A stretch of 57,134 nucleotides of DNA from NCBI GenBank assembly GCA_964641875.1, contig CAZXLU010000001.1:1-57134 (forward strand). Reading direction: 5' to 3'. Below the pieces are notes generated by a model, which was not told where the DNA came from, ran no database searches, and saw nothing but the letters and a program-made list of their open reading frames with translations. The position numbers and the translations under genes are program-made. Position 1 is the first letter of the stretch. Each line of letters starts with the position of its first letter. Shown piece after piece: positions 44,328 through 54,581 of this stretch. The stretch is from Candidatus Woesearchaeota archaeon (GTDB lineage: Archaea; Nanobdellota; Nanobdellia; Parvarchaeales; Parvarchaeaceae).

Positions 44328-47300
44328 CTACTTTGACTGCTCTGGCATCTTTACACTTACTACTTTGCTTATTCCTTCACTATTCATTGTTACTCCATAT
44401 ATAACATCTGCATTTATAAGAGTAGTCTCATTATGGGATATTATTATAAACTGAGAAGTCGCAGAATATGCTTTCACTAAAGCTGAGAAATTCCCTGCGT
44501 TTATAGAATCAAGTGCTGCATCTACTTCATCAAGAACGTAAAAAATTGCACCGGTATACTTCGATAAAGACATTATAAGAGATATTGCAAGAACTGACAA
44601 TTCCCCGCCACTTAGCCCTCTAATATTTCTAACTTTTTTATTTGGTAGATCTACAGATATATCCAAGCCAGAAGGGAATACATCTTCGTGATCTTCAGGC
44701 ACTAGAGCTGCGTTTCCACCGGTTATTGAATTAAATACTTTAGTGAATATTGAATTAATTTCAGACAGCGTTTTGTTGAAAGATTCCAATTTCTTCTGCT
44801 CTATCTCAGATATAACAACCATTATTCTTTCTCTTTCTTCATTAAGTTTAACTAATTTACCAGAAAATTCATCATACTGTTTTTCAGTTTCCATAAATTT
44901 ATTCAGGGCCAACTCATTTATAGGGCCAAACGAATCTATCTTTGAATTTAATGAATTTAGGTCTTTTGATATTTTATCTAATTTATCTTCTTCTGTGGGT
45001 TCTATACCATCGACTTTATACTTTTTATATTCTTCTTCTGCAGTTTCAAACTTTACTCTTAATTCCGCTTCTCTTACTTTGAGATTGTTAATCTCATTCC
45101 CTAAACCTTGAGACTTGGAATACAATTGCTCTCTTTCCTTTTGCAATGTTGACAAGGAAGACATTAATTCAGTTCTTCTTTTCCTCAGCATCACAAGTTT
45201 ATCTGATTTATTCGCTAATTCTTTCCTTGCCTTTTCATAGCTTTCTTGTGAATCTTTTATAGCGTTTTCAACGTTTTCTATCTCTCTTTCAAACTTATCC
45301 TTCTCTTTCTCCAGTTGATTCAACCTTTTCTCAATGTTTGATATTTCAGACAGCAAAACTGTGGAAAGCCGGTTTCCTGAAGTTGCAATTTTAACTTGAA
45401 GTTCATTAACTTCCCGCTCCAAGGATTCTATATCTTTTCTATGATTTGATGCTTCAGGCTTTTTACTCTCTATATCAGAAAGTTCCGACTTAAATTGAAT
45501 TACTTCATTCTCTAAATTTCTTATCTTTTCAGATATTTCTGATTCTGTTCCAGTGAATTTTCCTCTTTCTTTTGATAATTTTTCTATATCTATTTTTATT
45601 TCATCAAGCAATTTCTGTTGTAACTTTATTTCTGACATCGTAGAATTTAGAAGAGACTCTTTTTCTATTAATTCTTCGTCTATTTTTTCTTTTAAATGAG
45701 ATTTTTCTTGTATTTCCTTGTTTATATCTGATATTTTACGGTTTATATTCAGTACATTTGGCACTTCAAAATGGCCGCCTGATATTGTACCAGTTCTTTC
45801 AAAAACAGTACCATCTAAAAGGACCATTCTAAACTTATTTATAAGCTTTTTTGCTGAATCGAAGCTATCAACTAAAACAGTGTCGCCAAACACGAATTTC
45901 ATTGCATTTGAGTAAGTCTGAGTAAAACTTACTAAATTTATTACATAGTCTATAACCCCATTTTCTTTTAAATCTGTAAAATTATAATTGTATTTTATTG
46001 CTGATATTGGCAAGAAAGTATAAAATCCAGATTTTTCAGATTTTAACTTCTCTATGCATCTTCTAGCAACTTCTTCATTTTCTACTACTATAAAATCGCT
46101 TCTTCTTCCTATGGATCGCATTACAGGGATATTATATTTTTCATCTTTTAAAGAAAAAAGTTCAGATACTGCACCATGTACACCTTGAATTTCTTTTTTT
46201 AATTTACTTACAACTTCTATTACTTTATTTTGGGAAGAAAGCATATTTCTCTGATTAAGAAGCTGTTCCCTAAGGAGGTATATAGAATCTGATTCTCTCT
46301 TAGATTGATTCTTTAGCCTGTCTATTTCCGGCTTCATTGAAGAGAAAGAGATTGTTAGTTCCTTTATTTTTTTATCGATCTCAAATTTTCTCTCTTCAAG
46401 CTTGGTAAGTTCTTCTTCTATCTGCGCCACTTTTGGATAGTCGGCTATAACAACCCTTAACTCGTATATTTTTTTCTCATGGTCATATATTTTCCTCTCT
46501 AGCTCTTCTTTATTCTTTAAGTAATTTTCAAACTTAAAATCTGCCTCTATCAGAGACATCTTCTTTGAATTTAACTGCTGCATTTTTTCTTCCAATTTTG
46601 CTTTTTCCTCTTCTTCTTTCTTTATTTGGCTCTTCATATCTTCATACGATTTGGAAAGTTCTGATATGGAAGAAATTATATTTTTAAGCTGTTCCTCGTC
46701 ATTTTTTAGCACAGCGTCTAGCCTTGCCAATTCAGCATCAAGTTCTTTTGTTCTTTTTTCTGATTCCGCTATCTCTTTTTCCCCTTCTGCTTCTGCCTTA
46801 GTATTTATATTATCTAATTCATCATTTATTCTCTTCAATCTTAGGTTTATAGAATCAATTTCTGAGGATAAAGATTCATTGCCTTTTTGCATCTCTTTAA
46901 GTTTTTCTGAAACTGCTTCTAGATCCCTATAAGCATTTTGCTTTTTTAAGTATGATTGTTTTGACATTAATTCTCTCTGCTTTTTCTTCAGTTCTTGAAA
47001 TTCTACTGCCTTTGTCTTCTCTTTTTCTAATTGATCCATCATTTTTTTCTTTTCATTCAGAATTGTTTCTATTTTTGATATGTTGTCCTCAACTTTTTTC
47101 ATCTCATTCATTGCTTTGCTTTTCTTATCTTCAAATATGCTTATACCAGAAATATCGTTTATGAGATTTAATCTATCTTCGCTTGTAGACCCTATAACTT
47201 CGAGTATTCTATTTTGAGGTATTATATTAAAACCATCTTGCCTAAATTTTACCATTGCAAGAGTATTTAACACTTCTTCTCTTGTTGATGCTTTTCCGCT

Positions 47301-47648
47301 TATCCTATAAACGCTTTTACCATTTTTGTCGACTTTTCTGCTAATAGAAACTTCATTATCTTCAATATTCTTGAAGTCCTTGTTTGAATTATCAAGTATT
47401 ACGTTTACCTTTGCATGTTCCGCCGGTCTTCCGTTTTTTCCCCCATTAAATATCAAATCAGTAAGAACATCACTTCTCATCTCTTTTTTTGATGAGCCTC
47501 CAAAAACGAAAAGTAGCGAGTCTATAATATTGCTTTTACCAGAGCCGTTAGCTCCTGCTATTGCATTGAAGCCATTTACAAAATCAAATTTTATATGCCC
47601 CGCAAATGATTTAAAATTCTCCAATTCTATCTGTTTTATATAAGTCAT
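44328..47648 (-). CDS. smc: Chromosome segregation ATPase SMC
   Basis: FKSFAG...GANGSGKSNIIDSLLFVFG (Walker A), long coiled coils around a central hinge-sized non-coiled region, then LSGGE and VLDEVDAALD at the C-terminus. 1106 aa. Confidence 0.9.
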   Translation of the reverse strand: MTYIKQIELENFKSFAGHIKFDFVNGFNAIAGANGSGKSNIIDSLLFVFGGSSKKEMRSDVLTDLIFNGGKNGRPAEHAKVNVILDNSNKDFKNIEDNEVSISRKVDKNGKSVYRISGKASTREEVLNTLAMVKFRQDGFNIIPQNRILEVIGSTSEDRLNLINDISGISIFEDKKSKAMNEMKKVEDNISKIETILNEKKKMMDQLEKEKTKAVEFQELKKKQRELMSKQSYLKKQNAYRDLEAVSEKLKEMQKGNESLSSEIDSINLRLKRINDELDNINTKAEAEGEKEIAESEKRTKELDAELARLDAVLKNDEEQLKNIISSISELSKSYEDMKSQIKKEEEEKAKLEEKMQQLNSKKMSLIEADFKFENYLKNKEELERKIYDHEKKIYELRVVIADYPKVAQIEEELTKLEERKFEIDKKIKELTISFSSMKPEIDRLKNQSKRESDSIYLLREQLLNQRNMLSSQNKVIEVVSKLKKEIQGVHGAVSELFSLKDEKYNIPVMRSIGRRSDFIVVENEEVARRCIEKLKSEKSGFYTFLPISAIKYNYNFTDLKENGVIDYVINLVSFTQTYSNAMKFVFGDTVLVDSFDSAKKLINKFRMVLLDGTVFERTGTISGGHFEVPNVLNINRKISDINKEIQEKSHLKEKIDEELIEKESLLNSTMSEIKLQQKLLDEIKIDIEKLSKERGKFTGTESEISEKIRNLENEVIQFKSELSDIESKKPEASNHRKDIESLEREVNELQVKIATSGNRLSTVLLSEISNIEKRLNQLEKEKDKFEREIENVENAIKDSQESYEKARKELANKSDKLVMLRKRRTELMSSLSTLQKEREQLYSKSQGLGNEINNLKVREAELRVKFETAEEEYKKYKVDGIEPTEEDKLDKISKDLNSLNSKIDSFGPINELALNKFMETEKQYDEFSGKLVKLNEERERIMVVISEIEQKKLESFNKTLSEINSIFTKVFNSITGGNAALVPEDHEDVFPSGLDISVDLPNKKVRNIRGLSGGELSVLAISLIMSLSKYTGAIFYVLDEVDAALDSINAGNFSALVKAYSATSQFIIISHNETTLINADVIYGVTMNSEGISKVVSVKMPEQSK

Positions 47649-47695
47649 AACAATAAGTATTTAGAAAAGATTTTAATATTAAACGCTAACTATCT

Positions 47696-48493
47696 CTACG
47701 CTACTAAATGTGAAGAAACTAGCTTTTTAATCTTCTCAGGTAGATACTTTCCACGTATGTGTAGTACAACTTCATTGCTAGGATGAGTTTCATCCTCATT
47801 TTCAGTAAATATAAATATCTCATTACTATCAACTATGATAAACCTGCCTATATCAATATCCATTTTGTTAAGTTTACCTATCTGCTTGATTTCATTTGCT
47901 AAGGTTTCATTTATATCCTTTACAGGTGCAAATACATGTATGGTTACGTTATTCGCTTTTGCCTTCTTTAAAGCTCTACCAAGAGCGCTTATCTTCTTTT
48001 CTAACGATTTTTCAGTTGTAACGACCACTATCTCATTCTTTGCAGAACCTATACTTTTCTTTATTCTAAAGTAGATATTATCTAAACCTTGATATGAATT
48101 AGCTACCTTACCTTCTTCTATGTATTTTATCCCCTTGTTATATAAATTTTGTAAATCATTCAGAACGCTGCTATCCTTAAGTTTTTTTAACTTTTCCAAT
48201 TTCTGGTCAAATGACTCTTTAGCTTTTTCTTCTAATTTTTCAATCAATTCTTCAGGAGGTATTGCTCTGTAACTTATAGGTTTACTTAAATCTCTAACAA
48301 TAAAACCACCATTTTCCAACGAAACGAGTATATCATAAGCTCTAGATTTTGGGATATTCGCTATCTCACTTAACTTACCAGATGTAGATTTTCCTTGTGA
48401 AAGCAATGCTAACCACACTTTTGCTTCATACAGATTAAGACCAAACATCCTTCTTATTTTAGCAATGTAATCTTCACTAAAAGATAATGCCAT
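47696..48493 (-). CDS. TrmB-family transcriptional regulator
   Basis: N-terminal wHTH LYEAKVWLALLSQGKSTSGKLSEIANIPKSRAYDILVSLENGGFI, followed by a coiled-coil linker and a C-terminal domain. Confidence 0.7.
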   Translation of the reverse strand: MALSFSEDYIAKIRRMFGLNLYEAKVWLALLSQGKSTSGKLSEIANIPKSRAYDILVSLENGGFIVRDLSKPISYRAIPPEELIEKLEEKAKESFDQKLEKLKKLKDSSVLNDLQNLYNKGIKYIEEGKVANSYQGLDNIYFRIKKSIGSAKNEIVVVTTEKSLEKKISALGRALKKAKANNVTIHVFAPVKDINETLANEIKQIGKLNKMDIDIGRFIIVDSNEIFIFTENEDETHPSNEVVLHIRGKYLPEKIKKLVSSHLVA

Positions 48494-48587
48494 ATTTTAT
48501 CACCTATAGATTACTAAGCAATAAACAAATATATAAACCTTTCTTTTTCACCAAAAATAAAAGTAAAAAATAAAAATTAAACAATTT

Positions 48588-48848
48588 TTACACTCGCACC
48601 TTAAATACCCACATTGAAAAGGCAAATGTAATTATGCCCCATATTATCTCAAATAATGGGTATATATAAACTGATGCTGGCGTCGAAACTGTTGAACGAC
48701 TGCTTAGCACTGTTGCTGCCGATGAGGTGATTGATACTAATCCCATGACTATTAGGACTACTGCGAAACCAAAGAGTATAAGCCCTATAGCCGCATCAAC
48801 CATTCTTTTCTCCTCGAGAGCAAACTTCGTATCGACTTTCGCTTTCAT
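48588..48848 (-). CDS. Small two-TM membrane protein
   Basis: 86 aa with two clear hydrophobic helices and no family signal. Confidence 0.45.
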   Translation of the reverse strand: MKAKVDTKFALEEKRMVDAAIGLILFGFAVVLIVMGLVSITSSAATVLSSRSTVSTPASVYIYPLFEIIWGIITFAFSMWVFKVRV

Positions 48849-48946
48849 AATGTAACTACATTGTTAGTATTTAAAAAGCTTTTCATAAGAATAAAAATCA
48901 AATAAATATCACTTAATAATAAATACTTATAAAGATATATTTTATT

Positions 48947-49474
48947 ATGGAAGAAGAAAAATGCATTTTTTGTATGATAGTAAACGGTAAGATACCTTCA
49001 AAACAGGTTTATGACGATCCTTTAGTTATTGGTGTACTTGATATAAACCCTGCATCAAAGGGGCACGTCATAATGATACCTAAGAAACACTATGGTAACG
49101 TATATGAGATGCCTCAAGAAGAATTTCTGCAGTATAGCAGCATTGGAAGAGCAGTAGGTTATGCTATAATGCTTGCTTTAGCTCCAAATGACGTTGAAAT
49201 GATATATACAAAGGAGCTCACAAAGGGCAATATAACCCCGCATGCAATAACCCACCTTATCCCTAGATATGATGATGATACTATAAATCATATATGGCAA
49301 CCGCAGAAATTGGATGAAAGTGAATTCACTGCAATAAGTAATGCTATAAAATCAGCAATAGAAAAAGTAAAAAATGCAGACACTCCAAAAAAAAGTGAAA
49401 AAGTGGAGGAGAAACCAAAAAACGAGGAGAAAAAGCCTTCTGTCGAAATAAACAAAAAAGTAGTTGTGTTTTAA
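48947..49474 (+). CDS. Hint-like HIT-family protein with disrupted histidine triad
   Basis: CIFCMIVNGKIPSKQVYDD...LDINPASKGHVIMIPKKHY is typical Hint. The triad position reads HAITHLIPRY instead of HxHxHxxPRY. It has a K/E-rich C-terminal tail. Confidence 0.7.
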   Translation: MEEEKCIFCMIVNGKIPSKQVYDDPLVIGVLDINPASKGHVIMIPKKHYGNVYEMPQEEFLQYSSIGRAVGYAIMLALAPNDVEMIYTKELTKGNITPHAITHLIPRYDDDTINHIWQPQKLDESEFTAISNAIKSAIEKVKNADTPKKSEKVEEKPKNEEKKPSVEINKKVVVF

Positions 49475-50004
49475 TTTCCTTTGTATTCTACTTTTTTATT
49501 TTCTTCTTTTGATATTTCTTCTTCTATATTTGCTTTTAGCTCTTTAAATTCATCCTTATCGACATCAAAATAATCATAAAAAGAGGGTGTAATCCTCACT
49601 ATTTTTCTGCCATTTTCTATGCTTGATGATATTAAACCCCTTGATTGCAACTCCCGTATATGTTGATAGGATATGCTTCCTCTTTTTTTTACAAGTTCTG
49701 CTTGGGGTATTTTACCATTTACAGCAATCAAACTTAGAGTCATCAAAACTCCTCTACCCATATCTGTCTTGAGAGTATCGTTAACTAGAAATAGTAAATC
49801 ACTCCTTAACCTCATTCTATACATGTTTCCTTCTGTTAATATGTAAAATGCGCTCTTTCTCTCTTCATATGATTTATTCAATGAATTCACAGCTTTTTTT
49901 ATTATGAGAGGATCTGCCTTCGTTCTTTTAGATAATTCTTCTATAGTTATTCCATCACCAAATGAGAATATTAAAGCCTCAACGTATTCAGTAATCTTTG
50001 CCAT
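49471..50004 (-). CDS. scpB: Segregation and condensation protein B (ScpB)
   Basis: VEALIFSFGDGITIEELSK plus two winged-helix-like halves (...QAELVKKRGSISYQHIRELQSRGLI). Confidence 0.7.
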   Translation of the reverse strand: MAKITEYVEALIFSFGDGITIEELSKRTKADPLIIKKAVNSLNKSYEERKSAFYILTEGNMYRMRLRSDLLFLVNDTLKTDMGRGVLMTLSLIAVNGKIPQAELVKKRGSISYQHIRELQSRGLISSSIENGRKIVRITPSFYDYFDVDKDEFKELKANIEEEISKEENKKVEYKGN

Positions 50005-50033
50005 AGTATTAAAATGACAAGTAAAGTATTAAT

Positions 50034-50696
50034 TTATTTTACTTTGTTTTTTATGTAAATCTCCTCAAAAGGTGTTTCTTGTGAAACATCGACTTTATCC
50101 ATATTCGCTATAAAAAGCAGTGGTAAAAATGTGTATATTATTTCTTTTCTATCGTTTTTCTTTGAAATTAATTCAGAAAATAAAACTACATTTTTCATGC
50201 CAAATAGTTTAGAAAGTTTCTGCAGCAATAAACTTATCCTCTCTTCAATCTTGATTTCTTTTAACTTTAATTCGAATTTTATCTTCTGCTTACTACTGTA
50301 ACGCATTGCTTCTCTTATAGTGTTTATAAGCTCAGTAAGAGTTATCTTTCTACTCCTGAAAATAGGTAATTTAGAGGTTACTGTTATATCAAATGGAATA
50401 GCCTTTATGTATTTCTGATAAGTTTCATGTTCCTTTTTCTTATTCAATTCAAGCATTTCCTCTATTACTTTATCGGATTTCATCTTCAGTAAAATCGCAG
50501 CCGTATAAACAAATTTACCGCCAAACCTAAAATCAACCTGGTTTATTTTTGATATTAAAGTTGCAAACCTGTCTGCTATCTTGACTAAATCAATATCCAT
50601 TGGATCCATATTCTCTTCTCTTATAATAGTAGTTATGAGGTGTTCCCATCCAAGCTCATCATTTAATATAAGCTTGTACAAGTCTTCGTGATCCAT
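50034..50696 (-). CDS. scpA: Segregation and condensation protein A (ScpA, kleisin)
   Basis: LITTIIREENMDPMDIDLVKIADRF matches the ScpA N-terminal pattern. Size and adjacency to scpB also fit. Confidence 0.65.
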   Translation of the reverse strand: MDHEDLYKLILNDELGWEHLITTIIREENMDPMDIDLVKIADRFATLISKINQVDFRFGGKFVYTAAILLKMKSDKVIEEMLELNKKKEHETYQKYIKAIPFDITVTSKLPIFRSRKITLTELINTIREAMRYSSKQKIKFELKLKEIKIEERISLLLQKLSKLFGMKNVVLFSELISKKNDRKEIIYTFLPLLFIANMDKVDVSQETPFEEIYIKNKVK

Positions 50697-50740
50697 TTAG
50701 TTATTAAGCGCCATTACAATTTATTGTTTATCAAAGCCTT

Positions 50741-53029
50741 TTAACCGAAGTAATTCAATTCCTTTGCCTTCTCCTTTTTGCTATAAAGTTTCTTTGCCAT
50801 CTCTTCATAGCGCTTAGCATCGTCTTGACTCAAGCTTGGCCTTACCAACTCTAAAGCTTTTTCAAAGTCGTCCTTTGTAACTTTTGAAGCAGAAATATCA
50901 TTTCTCAATGCATTCATTCCTGCCTCTTTAGTAAGTCGCTCTATGTCAGATCCAACATAGCCTTCGGTTTTCTTTACAAGATATTCAATCAATGCTTCTT
51001 TTTCACCTTCTATTGGCATTTTATCGATGTATACTCTTAATATCTCTCTTCTGCCATTTTCATCTGGTGGCGGCACAAATACAATGTTATCAAACCTACC
51101 TGTTCTTAATATAGCAGGGTCAACTTTATCTATTCTATTAGTTGCTCCTATAACTATAACGTTTTTCAATGGTTCTATTCCGTCTAATTCTGTCAGAAGC
51201 TGGTTTACTACCTGTTCAGTCGCATTATTTCCTTCATAGTTTGACCTTGATGAGGCTATACTATCAAGTTCATCTATGAAAATTATGGACGGAGAAACCT
51301 GTCTAGCTTTATCAAATATTTCCCTTATTCTCTTCTCACTTTCACCAACGTATTTATTGTATATCTCCGGCCCCTTAATAGCTATAAAATTGGATTCCGT
51401 TTCATGTGCAACTGCCTTTGCCAACATTGTTTTTCCGGTTCCAGGTGGACCAAATAAAAGTATGCCTTTAGGAGGTGTTATACCTATTTTTCTAAATGAA
51501 TCCGGATGTTTTAAAGGCCATTCTATTGCCTCTTTTAATTGGGATTTTACATCTTCTAAACCCCCAACATCATTCCAATTAATGCTCGGTCTTTCAACCA
51601 ATACTTCACGCATTGCACTAGGCCTAACGAACCTTAATGCTTCTCTAAAATCATCCATCGTAACTACAAGCTTTTCCAATACTGTTTTTGGGATGTTCTC
51701 TCCTTCTTTTACGTTCAATTCGTTTATGTTCCTTCTTATAACGTTCATTGCTGCTTCTTTTATCAATGACTCTATATCTGCGCCTACAAACCCATGAGTT
51801 ATCTTAGAAATATATTTCAAATCAACCGATTTATCTATAGGCATGTTTCTCGTATGAATGTTTAGAATTTCAAGCCTTCCTTTTTCATTTGGAACTCCAA
51901 ACATTATTTCTCTATCAAATCTACCTGGCCTACGTAGCGCAGGATCTATTGCATTTGGTCTATTTGTAGCAGCTATAACTATAACTTTTCCTCTGCTTTT
52001 TAACCCGTCCATTAAAGTAAGAAGTTGTGAAACTACTCTGTGTTCAACTTCGCCAATGCTTTCCTCCCTCTTCGTTGCTATAGCATCTATTTCATCTATG
52101 AAAATTATAGAAGGGGCATTTTTCTCTGCGTCATCAAATATTTCCCTAAGCTTTTTTTCCGCGTCTCCTACCCATTTACTCATTACTTCTGGGCCATTTA
52201 TAGTTATAAAGTGAGCTTCACTTTCATCAGCTACAGCTCTTGCTAAAAGAGTTTTACCAGTTCCTGGTGGGCCATATAATAACACTCCTCTTGGAGGTGT
52301 TATTCCTAATCGCATAAAAATTTCTGGATGCTTTAAAGGTATCTCAACCATCTCTCTTATCTTAGAAACTTCATCAGATAAACCTCCAACATCTTCATAG
52401 CTAACATGTTTTACTCTTGCTTCTTCTGATAATTTTACTGGCTCTGGAGATATGTTTATATCTGTGTTCTCAGTTATTACTACAAAACCTTTCGGAGCTG
52501 TAGATGTCACTAGAAAACGAAGTTCTGAGAAACCGAATTGGAAAGATGGAAAAGCAGTACTATCAAATATGCTCCTCATTATATCATCACCAAAAAATGA
52601 AGCAAATGATGTTCTTCCCCCACTACCTAAAGTTATAATATCTCCTTTTGAAACTGCCCTGTCAAGAAGCATCCTTCCTATCAATTCTTCTACTCCCCTT
52701 AATTGTGTGCTTGAAAGAGGGGACAAATTTACAGAATCTGCTTCATAAACCTCTGCTTTTTTTACGATCACATTTTCTCCTATCGCTGCCTTTGCATTCT
52801 TCCTTGTAGTACCATCCATTCGTATTATGTTTAGCCCCAAGTCCCCTGGATGTGCTCTGTCCACCTTTGCAACGGTTTTTCTATTACCCTCTATCTCTAC
52901 AAAATCTCCAGGCCTTACACCTATCTGTTTCATCCATGCAGTTCCTATTCTTACAGAATTTTGTCCTATATCATCCTGCTGCGCTTCTGCCACCTTAAGG
53001 CTTATCTCAACCCTATTATCATCTTCCAT
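50741..53029 (-). CDS. cdc48: AAA+ ATPase Cdc48/VCP
   Basis: N-domain, then two AAA modules, each with GPPGTGKT Walker A and IIFIDE(I/L)D Walker B. 762 aa. Confidence 0.9.
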   Translation of the reverse strand: MEDDNRVEISLKVAEAQQDDIGQNSVRIGTAWMKQIGVRPGDFVEIEGNRKTVAKVDRAHPGDLGLNIIRMDGTTRKNAKAAIGENVIVKKAEVYEADSVNLSPLSSTQLRGVEELIGRMLLDRAVSKGDIITLGSGGRTSFASFFGDDIMRSIFDSTAFPSFQFGFSELRFLVTSTAPKGFVVITENTDINISPEPVKLSEEARVKHVSYEDVGGLSDEVSKIREMVEIPLKHPEIFMRLGITPPRGVLLYGPPGTGKTLLARAVADESEAHFITINGPEVMSKWVGDAEKKLREIFDDAEKNAPSIIFIDEIDAIATKREESIGEVEHRVVSQLLTLMDGLKSRGKVIVIAATNRPNAIDPALRRPGRFDREIMFGVPNEKGRLEILNIHTRNMPIDKSVDLKYISKITHGFVGADIESLIKEAAMNVIRRNINELNVKEGENIPKTVLEKLVVTMDDFREALRFVRPSAMREVLVERPSINWNDVGGLEDVKSQLKEAIEWPLKHPDSFRKIGITPPKGILLFGPPGTGKTMLAKAVAHETESNFIAIKGPEIYNKYVGESEKRIREIFDKARQVSPSIIFIDELDSIASSRSNYEGNNATEQVVNQLLTELDGIEPLKNVIVIGATNRIDKVDPAILRTGRFDNIVFVPPPDENGRREILRVYIDKMPIEGEKEALIEYLVKKTEGYVGSDIERLTKEAGMNALRNDISASKVTKDDFEKALELVRPSLSQDDAKRYEEMAKKLYSKKEKAKELNYFG

Positions 53030-53032
53030 GTT

Positions 53033-53536
53033 TTAACCTCCTAAAACGAACACTCTTTTTTTCACGTATTCGACATTCCATTTTTTTATAAAACTTTCGG
53101 CACTCTTTTCCTTTGAAGAGGGAACAAAAATAGCACTTTTTGTTAGTCTACCACCCCCTAATGCTTGTAATAAACCTTCTTTCCCTCTCCTCCCAAGGAG
53201 TGCATAATTAAAAAGCATTTTTCTGCTTTGAGGCAGTTTAGTAAGATCATAGAATATCTCTGTAACTTGACTAAAACCCAATTTATTTAGAAACGGTTCA
53301 TTATCAAATAAGCTTACTGCATCCATAAAATCAGAAAGCATTTTCCTTTGTATTATATCCATCAAGTCTAGAAACTCTACGTTATTACCGAAAAATCTTT
53401 CTATTTTATTTTCATTTTCTGTGTTATCCTCTTTTAATATAACGTACAATTTCTCATCTTTTTCTATAGCATCAAAAAGGCATTCAATTACGTCATCAGG
53501 AATTTCATTAATTTCCATATGTTTATTATAAACCAT
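53033..53536 (-). CDS. Hypothetical protein immediately upstream of cdc48
   Basis: 167 aa with an acidic N-half. The C-half reads LFNYALLGRRGKEGLLQALGGGRLTKSAIFVP. Three nt separate its stop from the cdc48 start. Confidence 0.5.
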   Translation of the reverse strand: MVYNKHMEINEIPDDVIECLFDAIEKDEKLYVILKEDNTENENKIERFFGNNVEFLDLMDIIQRKMLSDFMDAVSLFDNEPFLNKLGFSQVTEIFYDLTKLPQSRKMLFNYALLGRRGKEGLLQALGGGRLTKSAIFVPSSKEKSAESFIKKWNVEYVKKRVFVLGG

Positions 53537-53605
53537 ATGAAAGAAGTAATATAAATACTTTACGCTTTTCAGCTATTTAAATACTTAAAAATTCGGTTCT
53601 CTTAA

Positions 53606-53680
53606 TTAACAACATTTACATGAGCAATTGCATTTTCCGCTCTTGTGTTCACAGCAGTTACATTTACATTTTTCTTCCAT
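53606..53680 (-). CDS. Candidate metallothionein-like cysteine-rich micropeptide (24 aa)
   Basis: Not on ORF track. ATG...TAA encodes MEEKCKCNCCEHKSGKCNCSCKCC, with 9 Cys in CxC/CC/CxCxC spacing. It lies in the intergenic gap before atpK. Confidence 0.4.
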   Translation of the reverse strand: MEEKCKCNCCEHKSGKCNCSCKCC

Positions 53681-53776
53681 ATTTGTAATAAAGTATTTAA
53701 CATTATTAATGTTTTCTATGCATTGTTTAAAAAAATGAATAGTAAAGTTTAAAAAGACTAAAAAGATAAAAATAGC

Positions 53777-54010
53777 ATGGTAGTTACAACAGATGCTGGA
53801 GCGTTATATGCCATAGCCGCGGCAATAGCAATAGCCGGTGGATTAATAGGTACTGGTATGGCACAGCAAGGAATTGGTGCCGCAGGTATGGGTATAATAG
53901 CAGAGAAGCCTGAAAAATTTGGTCAGGTTCTTTTCTTCTTCGTAATCCCTGAAACACTTTGGATAATAGGTTTCGTATTAGGATTAATATTGCTTTTACA
54001 GATACTTTAA
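53777..54010 (+). CDS. atpK: A-type ATP synthase proteolipid subunit K (c)
   Basis: 77-aa two-helix hairpin. It has a Gly-rich helix 1 (GLIGTGMAQQGIGAAG) and the carboxylate in FFVIPETLWIIG. Confidence 0.85.
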   Translation: MVVTTDAGALYAIAAAIAIAGGLIGTGMAQQGIGAAGMGIIAEKPEKFGQVLFFFVIPETLWIIGFVLGLILLLQIL

Positions 54011-54019
54011 GGTTAATAT

Positions 54020-54580
54020 ATGGGATTAGAAAAAATAGCAGAACACATAGAGAAAGAAACAGATACAAAAGTTAAAAAAATAGTTCTAGAAGCCCAATTA
54101 AAAGCAAATTCTATTATGAGGGACGCAGATGAAAGATCGAAAAAAATAATGGACGAAGCAACAAAAAGGGCAAGGATTTTAAGAGAAGAAAAAAAGGAAA
54201 TAGAAAGAGCAAAAATAAATGTGGAAAAAAGCAGTATACTTAAAAAAGCATTAAGCTATGCCTTTGAAGATAGCATGAGCAACTTATATAAAGCAGAGGA
54301 AGAATTTAGCAAAACAAAAGACTATGAAAGGCTTATGTCTATTCTTATAAAAGATGCAAAGAAAACACTTGGAGAAGATGCAACAATATTCTTTAACAAA
54401 AGAGACCTTGAAACTATTGGAAAAAAAGAAAAAAATGCAAAGCTTTACAATAAAAAGATATTTGGCGTATATGCTGAGTCTAAAGATGGAAAACTTTCTA
54501 TGGATCTGTCTTTAAACAAGATAATACAGCAGCTTGAAGAAAAAATAGCTAAAAAAGTCATAGATAGACTGGAGAGATAA
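54020..54580 (+). CDS. atpE: A-type ATP synthase subunit E
   Basis: Long charged N-terminal helix plus a C-terminal globular part (GVYAESKDGKLSMDLSLNKII). Operon position fits. Confidence 0.75.
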   Translation: MGLEKIAEHIEKETDTKVKKIVLEAQLKANSIMRDADERSKKIMDEATKRARILREEKKEIERAKINVEKSSILKKALSYAFEDSMSNLYKAEEEFSKTKDYERLMSILIKDAKKTLGEDATIFFNKRDLETIGKKEKNAKLYNKKIFGVYAESKDGKLSMDLSLNKIIQQLEEKIAKKVIDRLER

Positions 54581-54581
54581 A

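Noticed and set aside
44743-47643. Plus-strand ORFs of 65-122 aa inside smc
   Set aside because: They are Ser/Phe/Leu-rich mirror frames of the K/E-rich coiled-coil coding sequence on the opposite strand.
51027-53044. Plus-strand ORFs of 64-173 aa inside cdc48
   Set aside because: They are antisense to a very strongly supported AAA+ gene, so they are shadow ORFs.
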